Below are positions 11,843-33,283 of a DNA stretch of 64,000 bases, piece by piece. Location: the NCBI RefSeq assembly GCF_030013205.1, contig NZ_CP122648.1, one strand, 5' to 3'. Numbering within the stretch: the stretch's first letter is position 1; every line of letters starts with the position of its first letter. A program made the translations under genes and the position numbers. Under the pieces are notes generated by a model. The model was not told the DNA's origin. It saw only the letters and a list, made by a program, of their open reading frames with translations, and did no database searches. This stretch comes from Escherichia coli. GTDB taxonomy: Bacteria; Pseudomonadota; Gammaproteobacteria; Enterobacterales; Enterobacteriaceae.

Positions 11843-12520
11843 TTATTCGGTGATTTTAAAGGTAACCGTTGCCAGCGTGTTATCCGCCGGGAGAACCGAG
11901 GCATTGCCTTTGAATTTAACTTCCCCTCGTTTTTCAACCGCACCATAAGTGTATGTTGCATTGCTGACGATGCCGACCGGGCAGCTATCCAGACACACCA
12001 GGCAACCCGTTTTCTTCTCTTCTGCTGCCGTTAAATTACCGCCAAAGCGCATGTCCAGTTTCTTGCCATTACTGTCAACAATCACTTCATCGAAGGAATA
12101 CGCTTTTGCCGCCCCTTGCCAGTTGACCGAAATATCCAGTTTGCTGCCTGTGACATGAGTCGTTTCTTTATTATCCATCGTCATGTTTTCGCCTGGCGTA
12201 CCACCTGCCTCTTTCAGGGCTTCATAAAATGCTTTCGGGGTCGCATAACCCATAAACAGCGATTTATGTCCGTTGGAGCCATCTTTAAACACAATACCGT
12301 GACGAGTGTCGTCGGTGAGGAAACGACCATTAATTTGCACCAGCATGGTTACCGTATGGTTATTAGCATCGACACGCAGCGGTTGGCTGTTCGAAAGTTC
12401 GTCGTATTCCACTTTTGCCGCCGCATTCTCTTTTTGATCGCAGCCGCTAAGCCCAGCAACAGCCAGTAAGCAGAGTGCAGCCAGTCCTTTTTTCCATGAC
12501 GCTGAATAATGTTGCAACAT
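11843..12520 (-). CDS. ydjY: putative lipoprotein
   Basis: 225 aa from MLQHY; lipobox LAVAGLSGC. Confidence 0.8.
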   Translation of the reverse strand: MLQHYSASWKKGLAALCLLAVAGLSGCDQKENAAAKVEYDELSNSQPLRVDANNHTVTMLVQINGRFLTDDTRHGIVFKDGSNGHKSLFMGYATPKAFYEALKEAGGTPGENMTMDNKETTHVTGSKLDISVNWQGAAKAYSFDEVIVDSNGKKLDMRFGGNLTAAEEKKTGCLVCLDSCPVGIVSNATYTYGAVEKRGEVKFKGNASVLPADNTLATVTFKITE

Positions 12521-12524
12521 CGTT

Positions 12525-13235
12525 CTATCCTTCATTTTTTGGGTGAGTAAGTGGGCTGCGGCGCGAAGCAGACAGATCCACATGTTTGTGTCGGGCGTAG
12601 AGTTTGGCGAGCTGGACGAGAATAAACAGCGCCAGGCCCGCCAGACAGAGTTGTAAAATAAAGCGCAGCGTAATGCCTTCATTGGCGAGATCGCTTGCCA
12701 TCACGGTATAAATAACAATACCGGGCAGGGTCGTGAGTGCCGAAATAAGGGTATAAGGCCAGAAGGTGATTGTGGTTAATCCGTAAGCGTAATTTTGAAT
12801 ATTGTAAGGAAACAACGGGATTAAGCGGGTCAGAATAAGAAAATCAATACCGTTACGCGCAATGCCTTTTTCAATGGCCTGAAAGGTATGGCTATGGCCA
12901 ACGTATTTCAGCAGTAAATCACGTCCCAGCCAGCGCGCCAGCAGGAATGAGCACGAGGAGGCCAGCGTGGCGGCAATTAATGATAGTAGTGTCCCTAAGA
13001 GCGGGCCAAAAACTATTCCTCCAGCGATCACCAGTATGCTTCCTGGTAACAGAAAGAGGGTGGCAATGATGAATAACAGAATATAGAGGCTATAACCGAA
13101 CAATCCGCTCTGGCGAATGAGTGTCAGTAAGTGAGGTAAATCGGTGAGCAGCTCGAATAAACCGAAAGCGTGGAAAGCGTAAATGACCAGCGCAAAAATA
13201 AGACAGGCAAAAAGAAATTTACGCTCAGCGTTCAT
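12525..13235 (-). CDS. ydjX: TVP38/TMEM64 (DedA-like) inner membrane protein
   Basis: 236 aa from MNAERKF; hydrophobic. Confidence 0.85.
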   Translation of the reverse strand: MNAERKFLFACLIFALVIYAFHAFGLFELLTDLPHLLTLIRQSGLFGYSLYILLFIIATLFLLPGSILVIAGGIVFGPLLGTLLSLIAATLASSCSFLLARWLGRDLLLKYVGHSHTFQAIEKGIARNGIDFLILTRLIPLFPYNIQNYAYGLTTITFWPYTLISALTTLPGIVIYTVMASDLANEGITLRFILQLCLAGLALFILVQLAKLYARHKHVDLSASRRSPLTHPKNEG

Positions 13236-13401
13236 TGTGGAGTTTCCTATATCAAACTTGATAATAGAGAAGTGGTCAGACAACTAAAAACGCAGTGACG
13301 GTATAACAAAGGGCGGCAGGCAACAAATCATTACTGACAGTTTGTTGATTTTTCTCAAGGTTAATTCTCCTGACCCAGTTTGAGCCAGGAGAACAGCTAA
13401 A

Positions 13402-14208
13402 TTAGCGGCGGAAGGTCGCCCAGACGGGGGCGTGATCGGACGGTTTTTCCATGCTGCGGATTTCATAGTCGATGCCGGTTTCTACGCAACATTCTGCCAG
13501 CGGTTGGCTGGCGAGAAGCAGGTCGATACGCAGACCGCGGTTATCGTCAAAACCTTTTGAGCGGTAATCAAACCATGAGAAACGATCGGCTGTTTGCGGA
13601 TTCGCCTGGCGGAAGGTATCGACCAACCCCCAGCTCATCAGTCTCTCCATCCATTCGCGTTCTTCCGGAAGGAAAGAGCATTTTCCGGTACGCAGCCAGC
13701 GCTTACGGTTCTCTTCGCCAATGCCAATATCCAGGTCGCCAGGACTGATATTCATATCGCCCATAATCAGCACCGGATTTTCACGCTTGAGTTCGGTTTC
13801 CAGGTAGTTTTGCAGATTCTGATAAAACTGCGCCTTTGCCGGGAATTTTATCGGATGGTCGCGGCTTTCACCCTGCGGGAAGTAACCGTTGATCACGGTG
13901 ACATTGCCCAGCGGTGAGGGGATTTCCGCCATAATAATCCGCCGCTGCGCCTCTTCGTCGTCACCGGGAAAACCGCGACGCACGGCAATCGGCGTCTCTT
14001 TGGTCAGCAGCGCCACGCCATAATGGCCTTTCTGCCCGTGATAAAACACGTTGTAGCCGAGCTTCGCCACCTCTTCGAGTGGAAACATATCGTCATGAAC
14101 TTTTGTCTCCTGCAGGCCAATCACATCCGGCTGGTGCTTTTCGACGATGGCTTCAAGCTGGTGAGGTCTGGCGCGCAGGCCGTTGATATTAAAAGAGACA
14201 AATTTCAT
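13402..14208 (-). CDS. xthA: exodeoxyribonuclease III
   Basis: 268 aa from [14 protein letters not shown]; full length. Confidence 0.97.
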   Translation of the reverse strand: MKFVSFNINGLRARPHQLEAIVEKHQPDVIGLQETKVHDDMFPLEEVAKLGYNVFYHGQKGHYGVALLTKETPIAVRRGFPGDDEEAQRRIIMAEIPSPLGNVTVINGYFPQGESRDHPIKFPAKAQFYQNLQNYLETELKRENPVLIMGDMNISPGDLDIGIGEENRKRWLRTGKCSFLPEEREWMERLMSWGLVDTFRQANPQTADRFSWFDYRSKGFDDNRGLRIDLLLASQPLAECCVETGIDYEIRSMEKPSDHAPVWATFRR

Positions 14209-14229
14209 AGTCGCTGCCATTTATTCAGA

Positions 14230-20672
<6,443 letters not shown>

Positions 20673-20676
20673 TACT

Positions 20677-20705
20677 TACCCGCAGAAATCATTCTGCGGG
20701 TATTA
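20677..20705 (+). terminator. putative intrinsic terminator of the ast operon
   Basis: hairpin CCCGCAGAA-atca-TTCTGCGGG followed by T-rich tract. Confidence 0.5.
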
Positions 20706-21001
20706 AGTTACTTTCTTATAAATTAATACAGATTAATCCTGGTTATTTGCTTTATTTATCACCAGTCATCCGGTATAGTTCTTCATAATCTCTGCAAAAT
20801 CATCGTGTTGTAATATTCCCTCATCACTCTCCATCAAATTTTCTTTTTTTCTCCATAATTGGCGCAAAAGTGTTTTTTACACTTTCATTGTTTTACCGTT
20901 GCTCTGATTAATTGACGCTAAAGTCAGTAAAGTTAATCTCGTCAACACGGCACGCTTCTTAAGAAAGCCGTAATAAATAACTGAAAGGAAGGATATAGAA
21001 T

Positions 21002-21487
21002 ATGCGTAAATTAACTGCACTGTTTGTTGCCTCTACCCTGGCTCTTGGCGCGGCTAACCTGGCCCATGCCGCAGACACCACTACCGCAGCACCGGCTGAC
21101 GCGAAGCCGATGATGCACCACAAAGGCAAGTTCGGTCCGCATCAGGACATGATGTTCAAAGACCTGAACCTGACCGACGCGCAGAAACAGCAGATCCGCG
21201 AAATCATGAAAGGCCAGCGTGACCAGATGAAACGTCCGCCGCTGGAAGAACGCCGCGCAATGCATGACATCATTGCCAGCGATACCTTCGATAAAGCAAA
21301 AGCTGAAGCGCAGATCGCAAAAATGGAAGAACAGCGCAAAGCTAACATGCTGGCGCACATGGAAACCCAGAACAAGATTTACAACATCCTGACGCCGGAA
21401 CAGAAAAAGCAATTTAATGCTAATTTTGAGAAGCGTCTGACAGAACGTCCAGCGGCAAAAGGTAAAATGCCTGCAACTGCTGAATAA
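21002..21487 (+). CDS. spy: periplasmic ATP-independent chaperone Spy
   Basis: 161-aa ORF with signal peptide and LTxxQ-like repeats. Confidence 0.95.
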   Translation: MRKLTALFVASTLALGAANLAHAADTTTAAPADAKPMMHHKGKFGPHQDMMFKDLNLTDAQKQQIREIMKGQRDQMKRPPLEERRAMHDIIASDTFDKAKAEAQIAKMEEQRKANMLAHMETQNKIYNILTPEQKKQFNANFEKRLTERPAAKGKMPATAE

Positions 21488-21507
21488 TCTTTCAGCCAAA
21501 AAACGTA

Positions 21508-21572
21508 AGACCGCCGGTCTTGTCCACTACCTTGCAGTAATGCGGTGGACAGGATCGGCGGTTTTCTTTTTT
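21508..21572 (+). terminator. spy intrinsic terminator (compound hairpin)
   Basis: GACCGCCGG..GGACAGGATCGGCGG stem followed by TTTTCTTTTTT. Confidence 0.6.
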
Positions 21573-21611
21573 GTTCTCAAACAGATGCAAAAAAAGCCTG
21601 ATCGCCACTAA

Positions 21612-23112
<1,501 letters not shown>

Positions 23113-23202
23113 TGTTGACTCCGAATGCTGGTTATCTATCCAGTGTAACAGGCGGGGAGCGATTAAAAAAGAGGCGGGTTGATGACAAAGGTTACACCGT
23201 CT

Positions 23203-23300
23203 GACGTGCTACGCCTGTCAGGCCTATTCGACTCATGCAATATATTGAATTTGCATAGTTTTGTGGGGCGAATAAGGCGTTCACGCCGCATCCGGCGTGA
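23203..23300. repeat. REP/BIME-type palindromic units in the cho-nadE interval
   Basis: GATAAGGCGTTCACGCCGCATCCGGC (23270-23295) matches the REP consensus; a degenerate second unit lies near 23204-23228. Confidence 0.6.
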
Positions 23301-23341
23301 ACAAAGTACTCTTTTTCGCACAAACCAATATGTGCAAATTA

Positions 23342-24169
23342 TTACTTTTTCCAGAAATCATCGAAAACGGTAATTGGCGGACGGCGTTTATGTTCGGTTT
23401 TCAGATACCAGTTCTCTATTGTTCTGGCGACCTGTTCAGGTAGGTTTTTCCCTTCCAGATAGTCGTCGATATTGTCATAGGTCACGCCGAGTGCCACTTC
23501 ATCTGGCAGAGAAGGGCGATCATCTTCCAGATCGGCCGTTGGGGCTTTCTTATAAAGGTGTTCCGGGCAACCTAATGCCGCCAGTAACTGTTTACCCTGG
23601 CGTTTGTTGAGACGATACAGCGGATTAATATCCGTACCGCCGTCACCATATTTAGTGAAGAATCCGGTAATGGCTTCTGCTGCATGATCGGTGCCCACCA
23701 CGACACCGCTGGTCATACCCGCAATGCTATATTGTGCTTTCATCCGCTCACGCGCTTTTTCATTGCCACGGACAAAATCGCTCAGTTCAATGCCTGCTTC
23801 CCGCAATGCCTGCTCGCTGGCCAATACCGCGCCCTTGATATTAACGGTTAATACGCGATCCGGTTGAATAAAGGCAATGGCATCCTGGCAATCTTGTTCG
23901 TCGGCCTGAACACCATAGGGCAGGCGTACGGCAATAAATTGCAGCGATTCGTTGCCGGTTTCCTGGCGCAGCTCATTAATCGCCATCTGGCACAGCTTTC
24001 CGGCAAGCGTGGAGTCCTGACCGCCGCTGATCCCGAGCACCAGTGATTTAATGAACGGATAAGTTTGCAGGTAGCTTTTCAGAAAATCGACACTACGACG
24101 AATTTCCTCTTCAGCATTAATCTGCGGTTTTGCGCCCAGCGCCTTTATTATTTGTTGTTGCAATGTCAT
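23342..24169 (-). CDS. nadE: NH3-dependent NAD+ synthetase
   Basis: 275-aa ORF with PP-loop SGGQDS. Confidence 0.97.
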   Translation of the reverse strand: MTLQQQIIKALGAKPQINAEEEIRRSVDFLKSYLQTYPFIKSLVLGISGGQDSTLAGKLCQMAINELRQETGNESLQFIAVRLPYGVQADEQDCQDAIAFIQPDRVLTVNIKGAVLASEQALREAGIELSDFVRGNEKARERMKAQYSIAGMTSGVVVGTDHAAEAITGFFTKYGDGGTDINPLYRLNKRQGKQLLAALGCPEHLYKKAPTADLEDDRPSLPDEVALGVTYDNIDDYLEGKNLPEQVARTIENWYLKTEHKRRPPITVFDDFWKK

Positions 24170-24370
24170 TGAACCCCTCCAGACAGAAAAGACAAAACTT
24201 CCTTAAAGCTAACCCGTTGCTACTGAAACGACAAGCGACAGCGGGCTGAATGGTGGTTAAAACGTCATACAGGAATCCTCTGAAAGCGGAGCCGTTTCGT
24301 TCACGGGCTTGAAAAAGCGCCCAATGTATTCCAGGCTTATCTAACACGCTGATAAACAAGAGGACGGAAT

Positions 24371-24709
24371 ATGAACAAGAATATGGCAGGAATTCTGAGT
24401 GCAGCGGCGGTATTAACCATGCTGGCGGGTTGTACGGCTTATGATCGTACCAAAGACCAGTTTGTACAGCCTGTGGTGAAAGACGTCAAAAAAGGCATGA
24501 GCCGGGCGCAGGTTGCACAAATTGCAGGTAAACCTTCGTCTGAAGTGAGCATGATCCATGCTCGTGGTACTTGCCAGACCTACATCCTGGGTCAACGTGA
24601 TGGTAAAGCAGAAACCTACTTTGTCGCGTTAGATGATACCGGACATGTCATCAACTCCGGTTATCAGACCTGTGCTGAATACGACACTGATCCACAGGCT
24701 GCGAAGTAA
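24371..24709 (+). CDS. osmE: osmotically inducible lipoprotein OsmE
   Basis: 112-aa ORF with lipobox LAGC. Confidence 0.92.
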
Positions 24710-24743
24710 TCACTTCGCCTGAAAGCTTGAGTTACAACGGAAA

Positions 24744-24767
24744 CCGGCCATTGTGCCGGTTTTTTTT
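24744..24767 (+). terminator. osmE intrinsic terminator
   Basis: CCGGC-cattgt-GCCGG followed by T8. Confidence 0.7.
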
Positions 24768-25007
24768 GGCCTGAGTTCTTAATTATCTTCGCGAATTATT
24801 TGCCCGAAATGTGAAGAGGGTCATAACCGCAGGTCAAGGAGAGACAATTTATAAGGTCAAAGAAATACTATTGCTCAGGTCTATACCGTATACTCCTTTC
24901 AGCCACAAAAAAAGTCATGTTGGTTTCGCAAGTTACCCAGAGCATGGAAGCAGGTTAAGGCTTGCGGAGTGTCTGGCTGACAGATAATCGTCGATGAGGG
25001 CAGTTTT

Positions 25008-25328
25008 ATGGAAAAGAAACACATTTATCTGTTTTGTTCTGCGGGCATGTCTACCTCTTTACTGGTATCAAAAATGCGCGCACAGGCAGAAAAATATGAA
25101 GTTCCGGTCATTATTGAAGCATTTCCGGAAACACTGGCTGGTGAAAAAGGTCAGAATGCCGATGTCGTGTTATTAGGGCCGCAGATTGCTTATATATTGC
25201 CCGAAATCCAGCGTTTGTTACCCAACAAACCGGTTGAAGTAATTGACTCGCTGCTTTATGGCAAAGTCGATGGTTTAGGCGTGCTTAAGGCTGCGGTTGC
25301 AGCGATTAAAAAAGCCGCAGCAAATTAA
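25008..25328 (+). CDS. chbB: PTS chitobiose-specific EIIB
   Basis: 106-aa ORF with the active-site Cys near the N-terminus ([10 protein letters not shown]). Confidence 0.95.
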   Translation: MEKKHIYLFCSAGMSTSLLVSKMRAQAEKYEVPVIIEAFPETLAGEKGQNADVVLLGPQIAYILPEIQRLLPNKPVEVIDSLLYGKVDGLGVLKAAVAAIKKAAAN

Positions 25329-25412
25329 TTTATTTTAAATTTCCCCGTCAAAGAGTTATTTCATAAATCAATACCGCAATATTTAAATTGCGGTTTTTAA
25401 GGGTATTTTTCT

Positions 25413-26771
25413 ATGAGTAATGTTATTGCATCGCTTGAAAAGGTACTCCTCCCTTTTGCAGTTAAAATAGGAAAGCAGCCACACGTTAATGCAATCAAAA
25501 ATGGCTTTATTCGCTTAATGCCGTTAACCCTTGCGGGGGCCATGTTTGTATTAATTAACAACGTTTTTCTAAGCTTTGGGGAGGGGTCGTTTTTTTATTC
25601 CTTAGGTATTCGCCTGGATGCCTCAACCATTGAAACACTTAATGGTCTGAAAGGTATTGGCGGCAACGTATATAACGGAACATTAGGGATAATGTCTTTA
25701 ATGGCACCGTTCTTTATTGGCATGGCACTGGCAGAAGAGCGTAAAGTCGATGCGCTGGCGGCTGGGTTGTTATCCGTTGCAGCATTTATGACCGTCACCC
25801 CTTATAGTGTCGGTGAGGCCTATGCGGTTGGCGCAAACTGGTTAGGTGGGGCGAATATCATCTCCGGGATTATTATTGGCCTGGTGGTGGCAGAAATGTT
25901 TACCTTTATTGTCCACCGCAATTGGGTCATTAAATTGCCCGACAGCGTACCTGCTTCAGTATCGCGTTCCTTCTCGGCATTAATCCCCGGCTTTATTATT
26001 CTTTCCGTGATGGGGATTATTGCCTGGGCGTTGAATACCTGGGGTACCAATTTCCATCAGATCATTATGGATACCATCTCAACCCCACTGGCATCGTTGG
26101 GTAGCGTGGTGGGATGGGCCTATGTGATCTTTGTTCCACTGCTCTGGTTCTTCGGTATTCATGGCGCGCTGGCGCTGACCGCACTGGACAACGGCATTAT
26201 GACGCCGTGGGCGCTGGAAAACATCGCGACCTATCAGCAATATGGTTCCGTCGAAGCGGCGTTGGCAGCCGGTAAGACCTTCCATATCTGGGCCAAGCCG
26301 ATGCTGGACTCCTTTATTTTCCTCGGTGGCAGTGGTGCGACTTTGGGTCTGATCCTGGCTATCTTTATCGCTTCTCGCCGTGCTGATTATCGTCAGGTGG
26401 CAAAACTGGCGCTGCCGTCCGGCATCTTCCAGATTAACGAACCGATTCTGTTTGGTCTGCCAATTATCATGAACCCGGTGATGTTTATTCCGTTTGTACT
26501 GGTACAACCGATTCTGGCGGCAATCACCCTCGCAGCTTACTACATGGGCATTATTCCTCCGGTGACCAATATTGCACCGTGGACCATGCCAACCGGTCTG
26601 GGAGCCTTCTTTAACACCAACGGTAGCGTCGCCGCATTGCTGGTCGCACTCTTCAACCTTGGTATCGCAACGTTAATTTATCTGCCCTTTGTTGTGGTCG
26701 CTAACAAAGCACAAAACGCGATTGATAAAGAAGAGAGCGAAGAAGATATCGCTAACGCCCTGAAATTTTAA
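25413..26771 (+). CDS. chbC: PTS chitobiose-specific EIIC permease
   Basis: 452-aa polytopic membrane ORF. Confidence 0.95.
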   Translation: MSNVIASLEKVLLPFAVKIGKQPHVNAIKNGFIRLMPLTLAGAMFVLINNVFLSFGEGSFFYSLGIRLDASTIETLNGLKGIGGNVYNGTLGIMSLMAPFFIGMALAEERKVDALAAGLLSVAAFMTVTPYSVGEAYAVGANWLGGANIISGIIIGLVVAEMFTFIVHRNWVIKLPDSVPASVSRSFSALIPGFIILSVMGIIAWALNTWGTNFHQIIMDTISTPLASLGSVVGWAYVIFVPLLWFFGIHGALALTALDNGIMTPWALENIATYQQYGSVEAALAAGKTFHIWAKPMLDSFIFLGGSGATLGLILAIFIASRRADYRQVAKLALPSGIFQINEPILFGLPIIMNPVMFIPFVLVQPILAAITLAAYYMGIIPPVTNIAPWTMPTGLGAFFNTNGSVAALLVALFNLGIATLIYLPFVVVANKAQNAIDKEESEEDIANALKF

Positions 26772-26821
26772 TCGATGCCGGTACGGGTAATCGTGCCGGT
26801 AAGAAAAGAGAGGAACGATGT

Positions 26822-27172
26822 ATGATGGATCTCGATAACATTCCCGATACGCAAACAGAAGCTGAAGAGCTGGAAGAAGTGGTGATGGGACTTATCATCA
26901 ACTCCGGACAAGCGCGCAGCCTGGCGTATGCCGCACTGAAACAGGCGAAGCAGGGCGATTTTGCCGCAGCAAAAGCCATGATGGATCAGTCACGGATGGC
27001 ATTGAATGAAGCGCATCTGGTACAGACGAAACTGATTGAAGGCGATGCGGGCGAAGGTAAGATGAAAGTGAGTCTGGTGCTGGTCCACGCTCAGGATCAT
27101 TTAATGACGTCCATGCTTGCGCGTGAACTGATTACCGAATTAATTGAGCTTCATGAAAAACTGAAGGCATAA
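26822..27172 (+). CDS. chbA: PTS chitobiose-specific EIIA
   Basis: 116-aa ORF. Confidence 0.93.
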   Translation: MMDLDNIPDTQTEAEELEEVVMGLIINSGQARSLAYAALKQAKQGDFAAAKAMMDQSRMALNEAHLVQTKLIEGDAGEGKMKVSLVLVHAQDHLMTSMLARELITELIELHEKLKA

Positions 27173-27179
27173 GGAGTCG

Positions 27180-28022
27180 ATGATGCAGCCAGTGATTAAC
27201 GCGCCGGAAATTGCCACTGCCCGAGAACAGCAGTTGTTTAATGGCAAAAACTTCCATGTGTTTATCTACAACAAAACTGAGAGTATCAGCGGACTGCATC
27301 AGCACGACTATTATGAATTTACTCTGGTATTAACCGGGCGTTATTTCCAGGAGATTAACGGTAAGCGCGTGTTACTGGAACGGGGCGATTTTGTTTTTAT
27401 TCCGTTAGGTTCGCACCATCAAAGTTTTTATGAGTTTGGTGCCACGCGCATATTGAATGTTGGGATCAGTAAACGCTTTTTTGAGCAGCATTACCTGCCG
27501 TTGTTGCCTTATTGCTTTGTCGCTTCGCAGGTATACCGGACCAATAACGCTTTTCTCACCTATGTGGAAACAGTGATTTCTTCATTGAATTTCCGCGAAA
27601 CAGGGCTGGAAGAGTTTGTTGAGATGGTTACTTTTTATGTCATTAACCGTTTACGTCATTACCGCGAAGAACAGGTGATTGATGATGTACCGCAGTGGCT
27701 GAAAAGTACGGTAGAAAAGATGCATGATAAAGAGCAGTTTAGTGAGTCGGCACTGGAGAATATGGTGACGTTGTCAGCCAAATCACAGGAATATTTGACG
27801 CGAGCGACTCAACGATATTATGGCAAAACGCCAATGCAGATTATTAATGAAATCCGTATTAATTTTGCCAAAAAACAACTGGAAATGACCAACTATTCAG
27901 TGACGGATATTGCGTTTGAGGCCGGTTATAGTAGCCCGAGTTTGTTTATTAAAACGTTTAAGAAATTAACGTCCTTTACGCCTAAGAGCTATCGTAAGAA
28001 ATTGACTGAATTTAATCAGTAA
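27180..28022 (+). CDS. chbR: AraC-family dual regulator of the chb operon
   Basis: 280-aa ORF with C-terminal AraC-type HTH. Confidence 0.93.
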   Translation: MMQPVINAPEIATAREQQLFNGKNFHVFIYNKTESISGLHQHDYYEFTLVLTGRYFQEINGKRVLLERGDFVFIPLGSHHQSFYEFGATRILNVGISKRFFEQHYLPLLPYCFVASQVYRTNNAFLTYVETVISSLNFRETGLEEFVEMVTFYVINRLRHYREEQVIDDVPQWLKSTVEKMHDKEQFSESALENMVTLSAKSQEYLTRATQRYYGKTPMQIINEIRINFAKKQLEMTNYSVTDIAFEAGYSSPSLFIKTFKKLTSFTPKSYRKKLTEFNQ

Positions 28023-28126
28023 GTCGTTATACCTGACAATTCACATATCTGTCCTGTTGCTGGATTATTTATGTCCGGGGGGGCAGATATGCCAGATATC
28101 AGTATTCTGTACTGAAGGGAGAAATT

Positions 28127-29479
28127 ATGAGCCAGAAATTAAAAGTCGTCACTATTGGTGGCGGGAGCAGCTATACCCCGGAGTTACTGGAAGGATTTAT
28201 TAAGCGTTATCACGAATTGCCGGTCAGCGAATTATGGCTGGTGGATGTCGAAGGTGGTAAAGCTAAACTGGATATTATTTTTGATCTCTGCCAACGGATG
28301 ATTGATAACGCTGGCGTCCCGATGAAGCTTTATAAAACGCTGGATCGCCGCGAAGCATTGAAAGATGCTGATTTCGTTACTACCCAACTGCGCGTAGGCC
28401 AATTACCGGCGCGCGAACTGGATGAACGTATTCCATTAAGTCATGGTTATCTTGGTCAGGAAACTAACGGCGCGGGCGGTCTGTTTAAAGGTCTGCGTAC
28501 CATTCCGGTGATTTTTGACATCGTAAAAGATGTCGAAGAACTTTGTCCGAATGCATGGGTGATTAACTTCACTAACCCGGCGGGAATGGTCACTGAAGCC
28601 GTTTATCGTCATACCGGATTTAAACGCTTTATCGGCGTGTGTAATATTCCGATCGGCATGAAGATGTTTATTCGCGATGTTCTGATGCTGAAAGACAGCG
28701 ATGATTTATCTATCGATCTGTTCGGCCTCAACCATATGGTGTTCATTAAAGATGTGCTGGTAAATGGCAAATCACGCTTTGCCGAATTGCTTGATGGTGT
28801 GGCATCCGGGCAGTTAAAAGCATCTGGCGTTAAAAATATTTTCGATCTGCCATTTAGCGAAGGCTTAATTCGTTCTCTGAATCTGTTGCCGTGTTCTTAT
28901 TTACTTTATTACTTCAAGCAAAAAGAGATGCTGGCTATTGAAATGGGCGAATACTACAAAGGCGGCGCACGAGCACAGGTAGTACAGAAAGTCGAGAAAC
29001 AACTTTTTGAGCTGTATAAAAACCCGGAGTTGAAAGTTAAGCCGAAAGAACTGGAACAGCGCGGTGGGGCTTATTACTCTGATGCAGCGTGCGAAGTGAT
29101 CAACGCTATCTACAACGACAAGCAAGCTGAACATTACGTTAATATCCCGCATCATGGGCATATTGATAATATTCCGGCAGACTGGGCGGTAGAAATGACC
29201 TGTACGCTGGGGCGCGATGGCGCGACGCCACATCCGCGCATTACGCATTTCGATGATAAAGTGATGGGGCTGATTCACACCATTAAAGGCTTCGAGATTG
29301 CTGCCAGCAACGCTGCACTTAGCGGAGAATTTAACGATGTGTTACTGGCGCTAAACCTTAGTCCGTTGGTGCATTCCGATCGCGATGCTGAGCTGCTGGC
29401 ACGCGAGATGATTCTGGCGCACGAGAAATGGCTGCCAAATTTTGCCGACTGCATCGCAGAGCTTAAAAAAGCACATTAA
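28127..29479 (+). CDS. chbF: 6-phospho-beta-glucosidase (GH4, NAD/Mn dependent)
   Basis: 450-aa ORF with N-terminal Rossmann GGGSSYTPE. Confidence 0.95.
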   Translation: MSQKLKVVTIGGGSSYTPELLEGFIKRYHELPVSELWLVDVEGGKAKLDIIFDLCQRMIDNAGVPMKLYKTLDRREALKDADFVTTQLRVGQLPARELDERIPLSHGYLGQETNGAGGLFKGLRTIPVIFDIVKDVEELCPNAWVINFTNPAGMVTEAVYRHTGFKRFIGVCNIPIGMKMFIRDVLMLKDSDDLSIDLFGLNHMVFIKDVLVNGKSRFAELLDGVASGQLKASGVKNIFDLPFSEGLIRSLNLLPCSYLLYYFKQKEMLAIEMGEYYKGGARAQVVQKVEKQLFELYKNPELKVKPKELEQRGGAYYSDAACEVINAIYNDKQAEHYVNIPHHGHIDNIPADWAVEMTCTLGRDGATPHPRITHFDDKVMGLIHTIKGFEIAASNAALSGEFNDVLLALNLSPLVHSDRDAELLAREMILAHEKWLPNFADCIAELKKAH

Positions 29480-30241
<762 letters not shown>

Positions 30242-30251
30242 GTAAGGTGGT

Positions 30252-30279
30252 AAGGTCACTCCCCGTGGGGCGTGACCTT
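30252..30279. terminator. bidirectional hairpin between convergent chbG and katE
   Basis: AAGGTCAC-tccccgtggggc-GTGACCTT. Confidence 0.55.
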
Positions 30280-30287
30280 ATCCATAT

Positions 30288-32549
30288 TTACGCCGGAATT
30301 TTGTCAATCTTAGGAATGCGTGACCACACGCGGTGTGCTGCCATCAGCGTTAACAGTTCATCCATAAAACTACCATCGGCGCTGTCAGCTTCCACAATCC
30401 CTTCTTCACCCTGGTCAGCGACCTTGATTGTTGCTTTAAACTTGCGCGCGTCTCCTGCCAGCGCAATCGGTTTAAGGTGTTTGTAGGCTTCCATCAGGTA
30501 GTAGTTGGCATCGCCGTTGTTAGCGATATCCGCGATATTGCCGCAAGGGACAATAACCGCATCGACCGTCAGCGAAGGCGCTCCGGCAAAGGTAGCGGCT
30601 ATAGGCAGCACCGTACCGTCATCCGCAGTCACTTCACCCATTCGGGAGTAGAGCAGTTTGGCATGAACGCCTTTGGCCTTCAGCGCCTTGAGAATGGTCA
30701 GAAGGTCTGCCGATCTCACTTCATCATTAAGCAAAATCGCTACCACGCGACCTTTTACATCACCGTCAGGAATGGCGTACAGACTTAAGGATGGATCCTT
30801 TTTCAGACCGTTGACGTCCGGAGGCGGGGTGATATTCAGCTGGTCGTCAGTCAGTTCGATACCGAGATTTTTCGCCACCGCCTGGGCCAGAGTGAGATCA
30901 ATATGCGCCAGCTGGTCAACAACGCGCTCACGAATATACGGACGAACTACTTTGCTTAACTCAAAACTGAAACCATCGACAATATGGCGCTGCTCGAATG
31001 GCGTCTGACTTAGCCAGAACAGACGCGGATGGGAATAATATTCGCCAAACGATGGACTGCGCTCGCGAACTTTATTTCCTTCCACGCGTTCCTGGTATGA
31101 TTCAAAACCGCCACGTTTCGGCCCCGGCGGTGTTTCGCGCGGCCAGTTATCGTTGATCGAGTTCGGTTCATAATTCGCCGGGTTAGTGTCGATCCCCATA
31201 CGATGCATGCCGTCACGCTGGAAATTATGGTAAGGGCAGGTCGGGCGGTTAATCGGAATCTCATGGAAATTCGGCCCAGCAAGACGACTGATTTGTGTAT
31301 CGGTATAGGAGAACAAACGTCCCTGCAACAGGGGATCGTTGGTGAAGTCCAGACCAGGAACAATATGACCTGGATGGAATGCTGCTTGTTCGTTTTCGGC
31401 AAAGAAGTTATCCGGATTGCGATTGAGCATCATTTTGCCGACACGCTGAACGGGCACCAGTTCTTCCGGGATAAGTTTAGTTGGATCAAGAAGGTCGAAG
31501 TCGAACTTAAATTCATCTTCCTCAGGAATCAACTGGAAGCCCAGTTCGTATTCCGGAAAATCGCCTGCTTCAATCGCTTCCCACAACTCGCGGCGGTGGA
31601 AGTCCGGGTCACGTCCGGTTAGTTTTTGTGCTTCATCCCAAACGAGTGAGGCTTTACCTGCCAGTGGTTTCCAGTGGAAACGTACGAACGTTGCCTTCCC
31701 TTCGGCATTAATCAGGCGGAAGGTGTGAATACCGAAGCCTTCCATGGTGCGGTAACTGCGCGGGATACCGCGATCCGACATCGCCCACATCACGTTGTGC
31801 AGAGTTTCAGGTTGCAGAGAAATATAATCCCAGAAAGTATCGTGGGCGCTTTGCCCTTGTGGAATTGCCCAGTGTGGTTCTGGTTTTACCGCATGAACAA
31901 AATCAGGGAATTTATGCGCATCCTGGATAAAGAAGATTGGCGTGTTATTGCCAACAAGGTCAAAAATACCCTCTTCGGTATAGAACTTGGTGGCAAAGCC
32001 ACGGATATCACGCACGGTATCGGCAGAGCCAGCACCACCCTGAACGGTAGAGAACCTAACAAATACAGGGGTGATTTTGTTCGGATCTGAGAGGAAATCC
32101 GCTTTGGTGATATCGCTTAAGCTTTTATATGGCTGGAAATAACCGTGAGCGGCTGATCCGCGTGCATGAACAATACGTTCCGGGATGCGCTCATGGTCAA
32201 AGTGAGTGATTTTCTCGCGCAGAATAAAATCTTCCAGCAGCGTTGGACCACGGTTACCGGCACGCAGTGAGTTTTGATCGTCGGCGATGCGTACGCCCTG
32301 ATTAGTGGTCAGCGCATAATTTTCACTGCCTTTGCGTACGTCTTCCAGAGAATTAAGTTTTTCGTTACGCGTATCAGGGGCTTTCAGGCTCCCTGGGGCG
32401 GTAGGTTGTGCACCTGGCGGTGTTGGTTCAGTCGCTGGACGATGAGATCCGTCCTCAGGTGCCAGTGAGTCCATCCCCGGTTTCGCTTCGCTGGAATCGT
32501 GTAGTGGTGACTGGTGCTGATGTGGGTTCTTTTCGTTATGTTGCGACAT
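30288..32549 (-). CDS. katE: catalase HPII (large-subunit monofunctional catalase)
   Basis: 753-aa ORF; catalase core plus C-terminal flavodoxin-like domain. Confidence 0.97.
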   Translation of the reverse strand: MSQHNEKNPHQHQSPLHDSSEAKPGMDSLAPEDGSHRPATEPTPPGAQPTAPGSLKAPDTRNEKLNSLEDVRKGSENYALTTNQGVRIADDQNSLRAGNRGPTLLEDFILREKITHFDHERIPERIVHARGSAAHGYFQPYKSLSDITKADFLSDPNKITPVFVRFSTVQGGAGSADTVRDIRGFATKFYTEEGIFDLVGNNTPIFFIQDAHKFPDFVHAVKPEPHWAIPQGQSAHDTFWDYISLQPETLHNVMWAMSDRGIPRSYRTMEGFGIHTFRLINAEGKATFVRFHWKPLAGKASLVWDEAQKLTGRDPDFHRRELWEAIEAGDFPEYELGFQLIPEEDEFKFDFDLLDPTKLIPEELVPVQRVGKMMLNRNPDNFFAENEQAAFHPGHIVPGLDFTNDPLLQGRLFSYTDTQISRLAGPNFHEIPINRPTCPYHNFQRDGMHRMGIDTNPANYEPNSINDNWPRETPPGPKRGGFESYQERVEGNKVRERSPSFGEYYSHPRLFWLSQTPFEQRHIVDGFSFELSKVVRPYIRERVVDQLAHIDLTLAQAVAKNLGIELTDDQLNITPPPDVNGLKKDPSLSLYAIPDGDVKGRVVAILLNDEVRSADLLTILKALKAKGVHAKLLYSRMGEVTADDGTVLPIAATFAGAPSLTVDAVIVPCGNIADIANNGDANYYLMEAYKHLKPIALAGDARKFKATIKVADQGEEGIVEADSADGSFMDELLTLMAAHRVWSRIPKIDKIPA

Positions 32550-32752
32550 TGAACTCGTCTCCTTAATTTATTACTGAAAGGGCCGCTGTTTTGGTCAAAA
32601 AACCCTCTAACTATAGACCATCAGCCAGATCCCGCTTCGGAGACTATTCTGGAAACGGTGTTATGAAATACACGCAAAGCGGGACGTATGGGGGCTAGAT
32701 CGGCTAAACTACAGTTTTTCTGATTTTTAATATGCGTTTAGTGAAGCCAGTA

Positions 32753-32995
32753 ATGAAGAAACCGCTCCGCCAGCAAAACCGCCAGATTATTAGCTATGTC
32801 CCACGCACGGAACCCGCGCCGCCAGAACATGCGATAAAGATGGATTCGTTTCGTGATGTCTGGATGCTACGTGGCAAATATGTTGCGTTTGTACTGATGG
32901 GAGAGTCATTTCTGCGCTCACCGGCGTTTACTGTGCCTGAATCCGCCCAGCGTTGGGCAAATCAGATCCGCCAGGAAGGGGAAGTGACTGAGTAA
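32753..32995 (+). CDS. cedA: cell division modulator CedA
   Basis: ORF 32732..32995; start assigned to MKKPLRQQ; exact start uncertain. Confidence 0.8.
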   Translation: MKKPLRQQNRQIISYVPRTEPAPPEHAIKMDSFRDVWMLRGKYVAFVLMGESFLRSPAFTVPESAQRWANQIRQEGEVTE

Positions 32996-33283
32996 GGATT
33001 ACGTACCTCCCGGTTCTGCCGGGAGTTACATGGCCTGAAATTCTGTATTTCATTGCTACATTCATTCAAACCACCTGTAACAAAAAGCTGCCTTTGACGA
33101 TCTATTGCTATAAATAAGTGAACTTTTTTCTTTAATTGTTTATTTATTTTAAAATGGTTAAGTTTTGCTAATCATGATGAGCTATTTTTGATAGTTCATC
33201 CTGTGGTGTCGCTCTTAAACTTATATTGTAAATGACTTAGATTTAAATGAGATAATAATTTTGTTAACAATATGAGGCGGGAG

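Noticed and set aside
33006-33026. Hairpin CTCCCGG-ttctg-CCGGGAG after cedA as an intrinsic terminator
   Set aside because: The stem is not followed by a T-tract, so it was not called.
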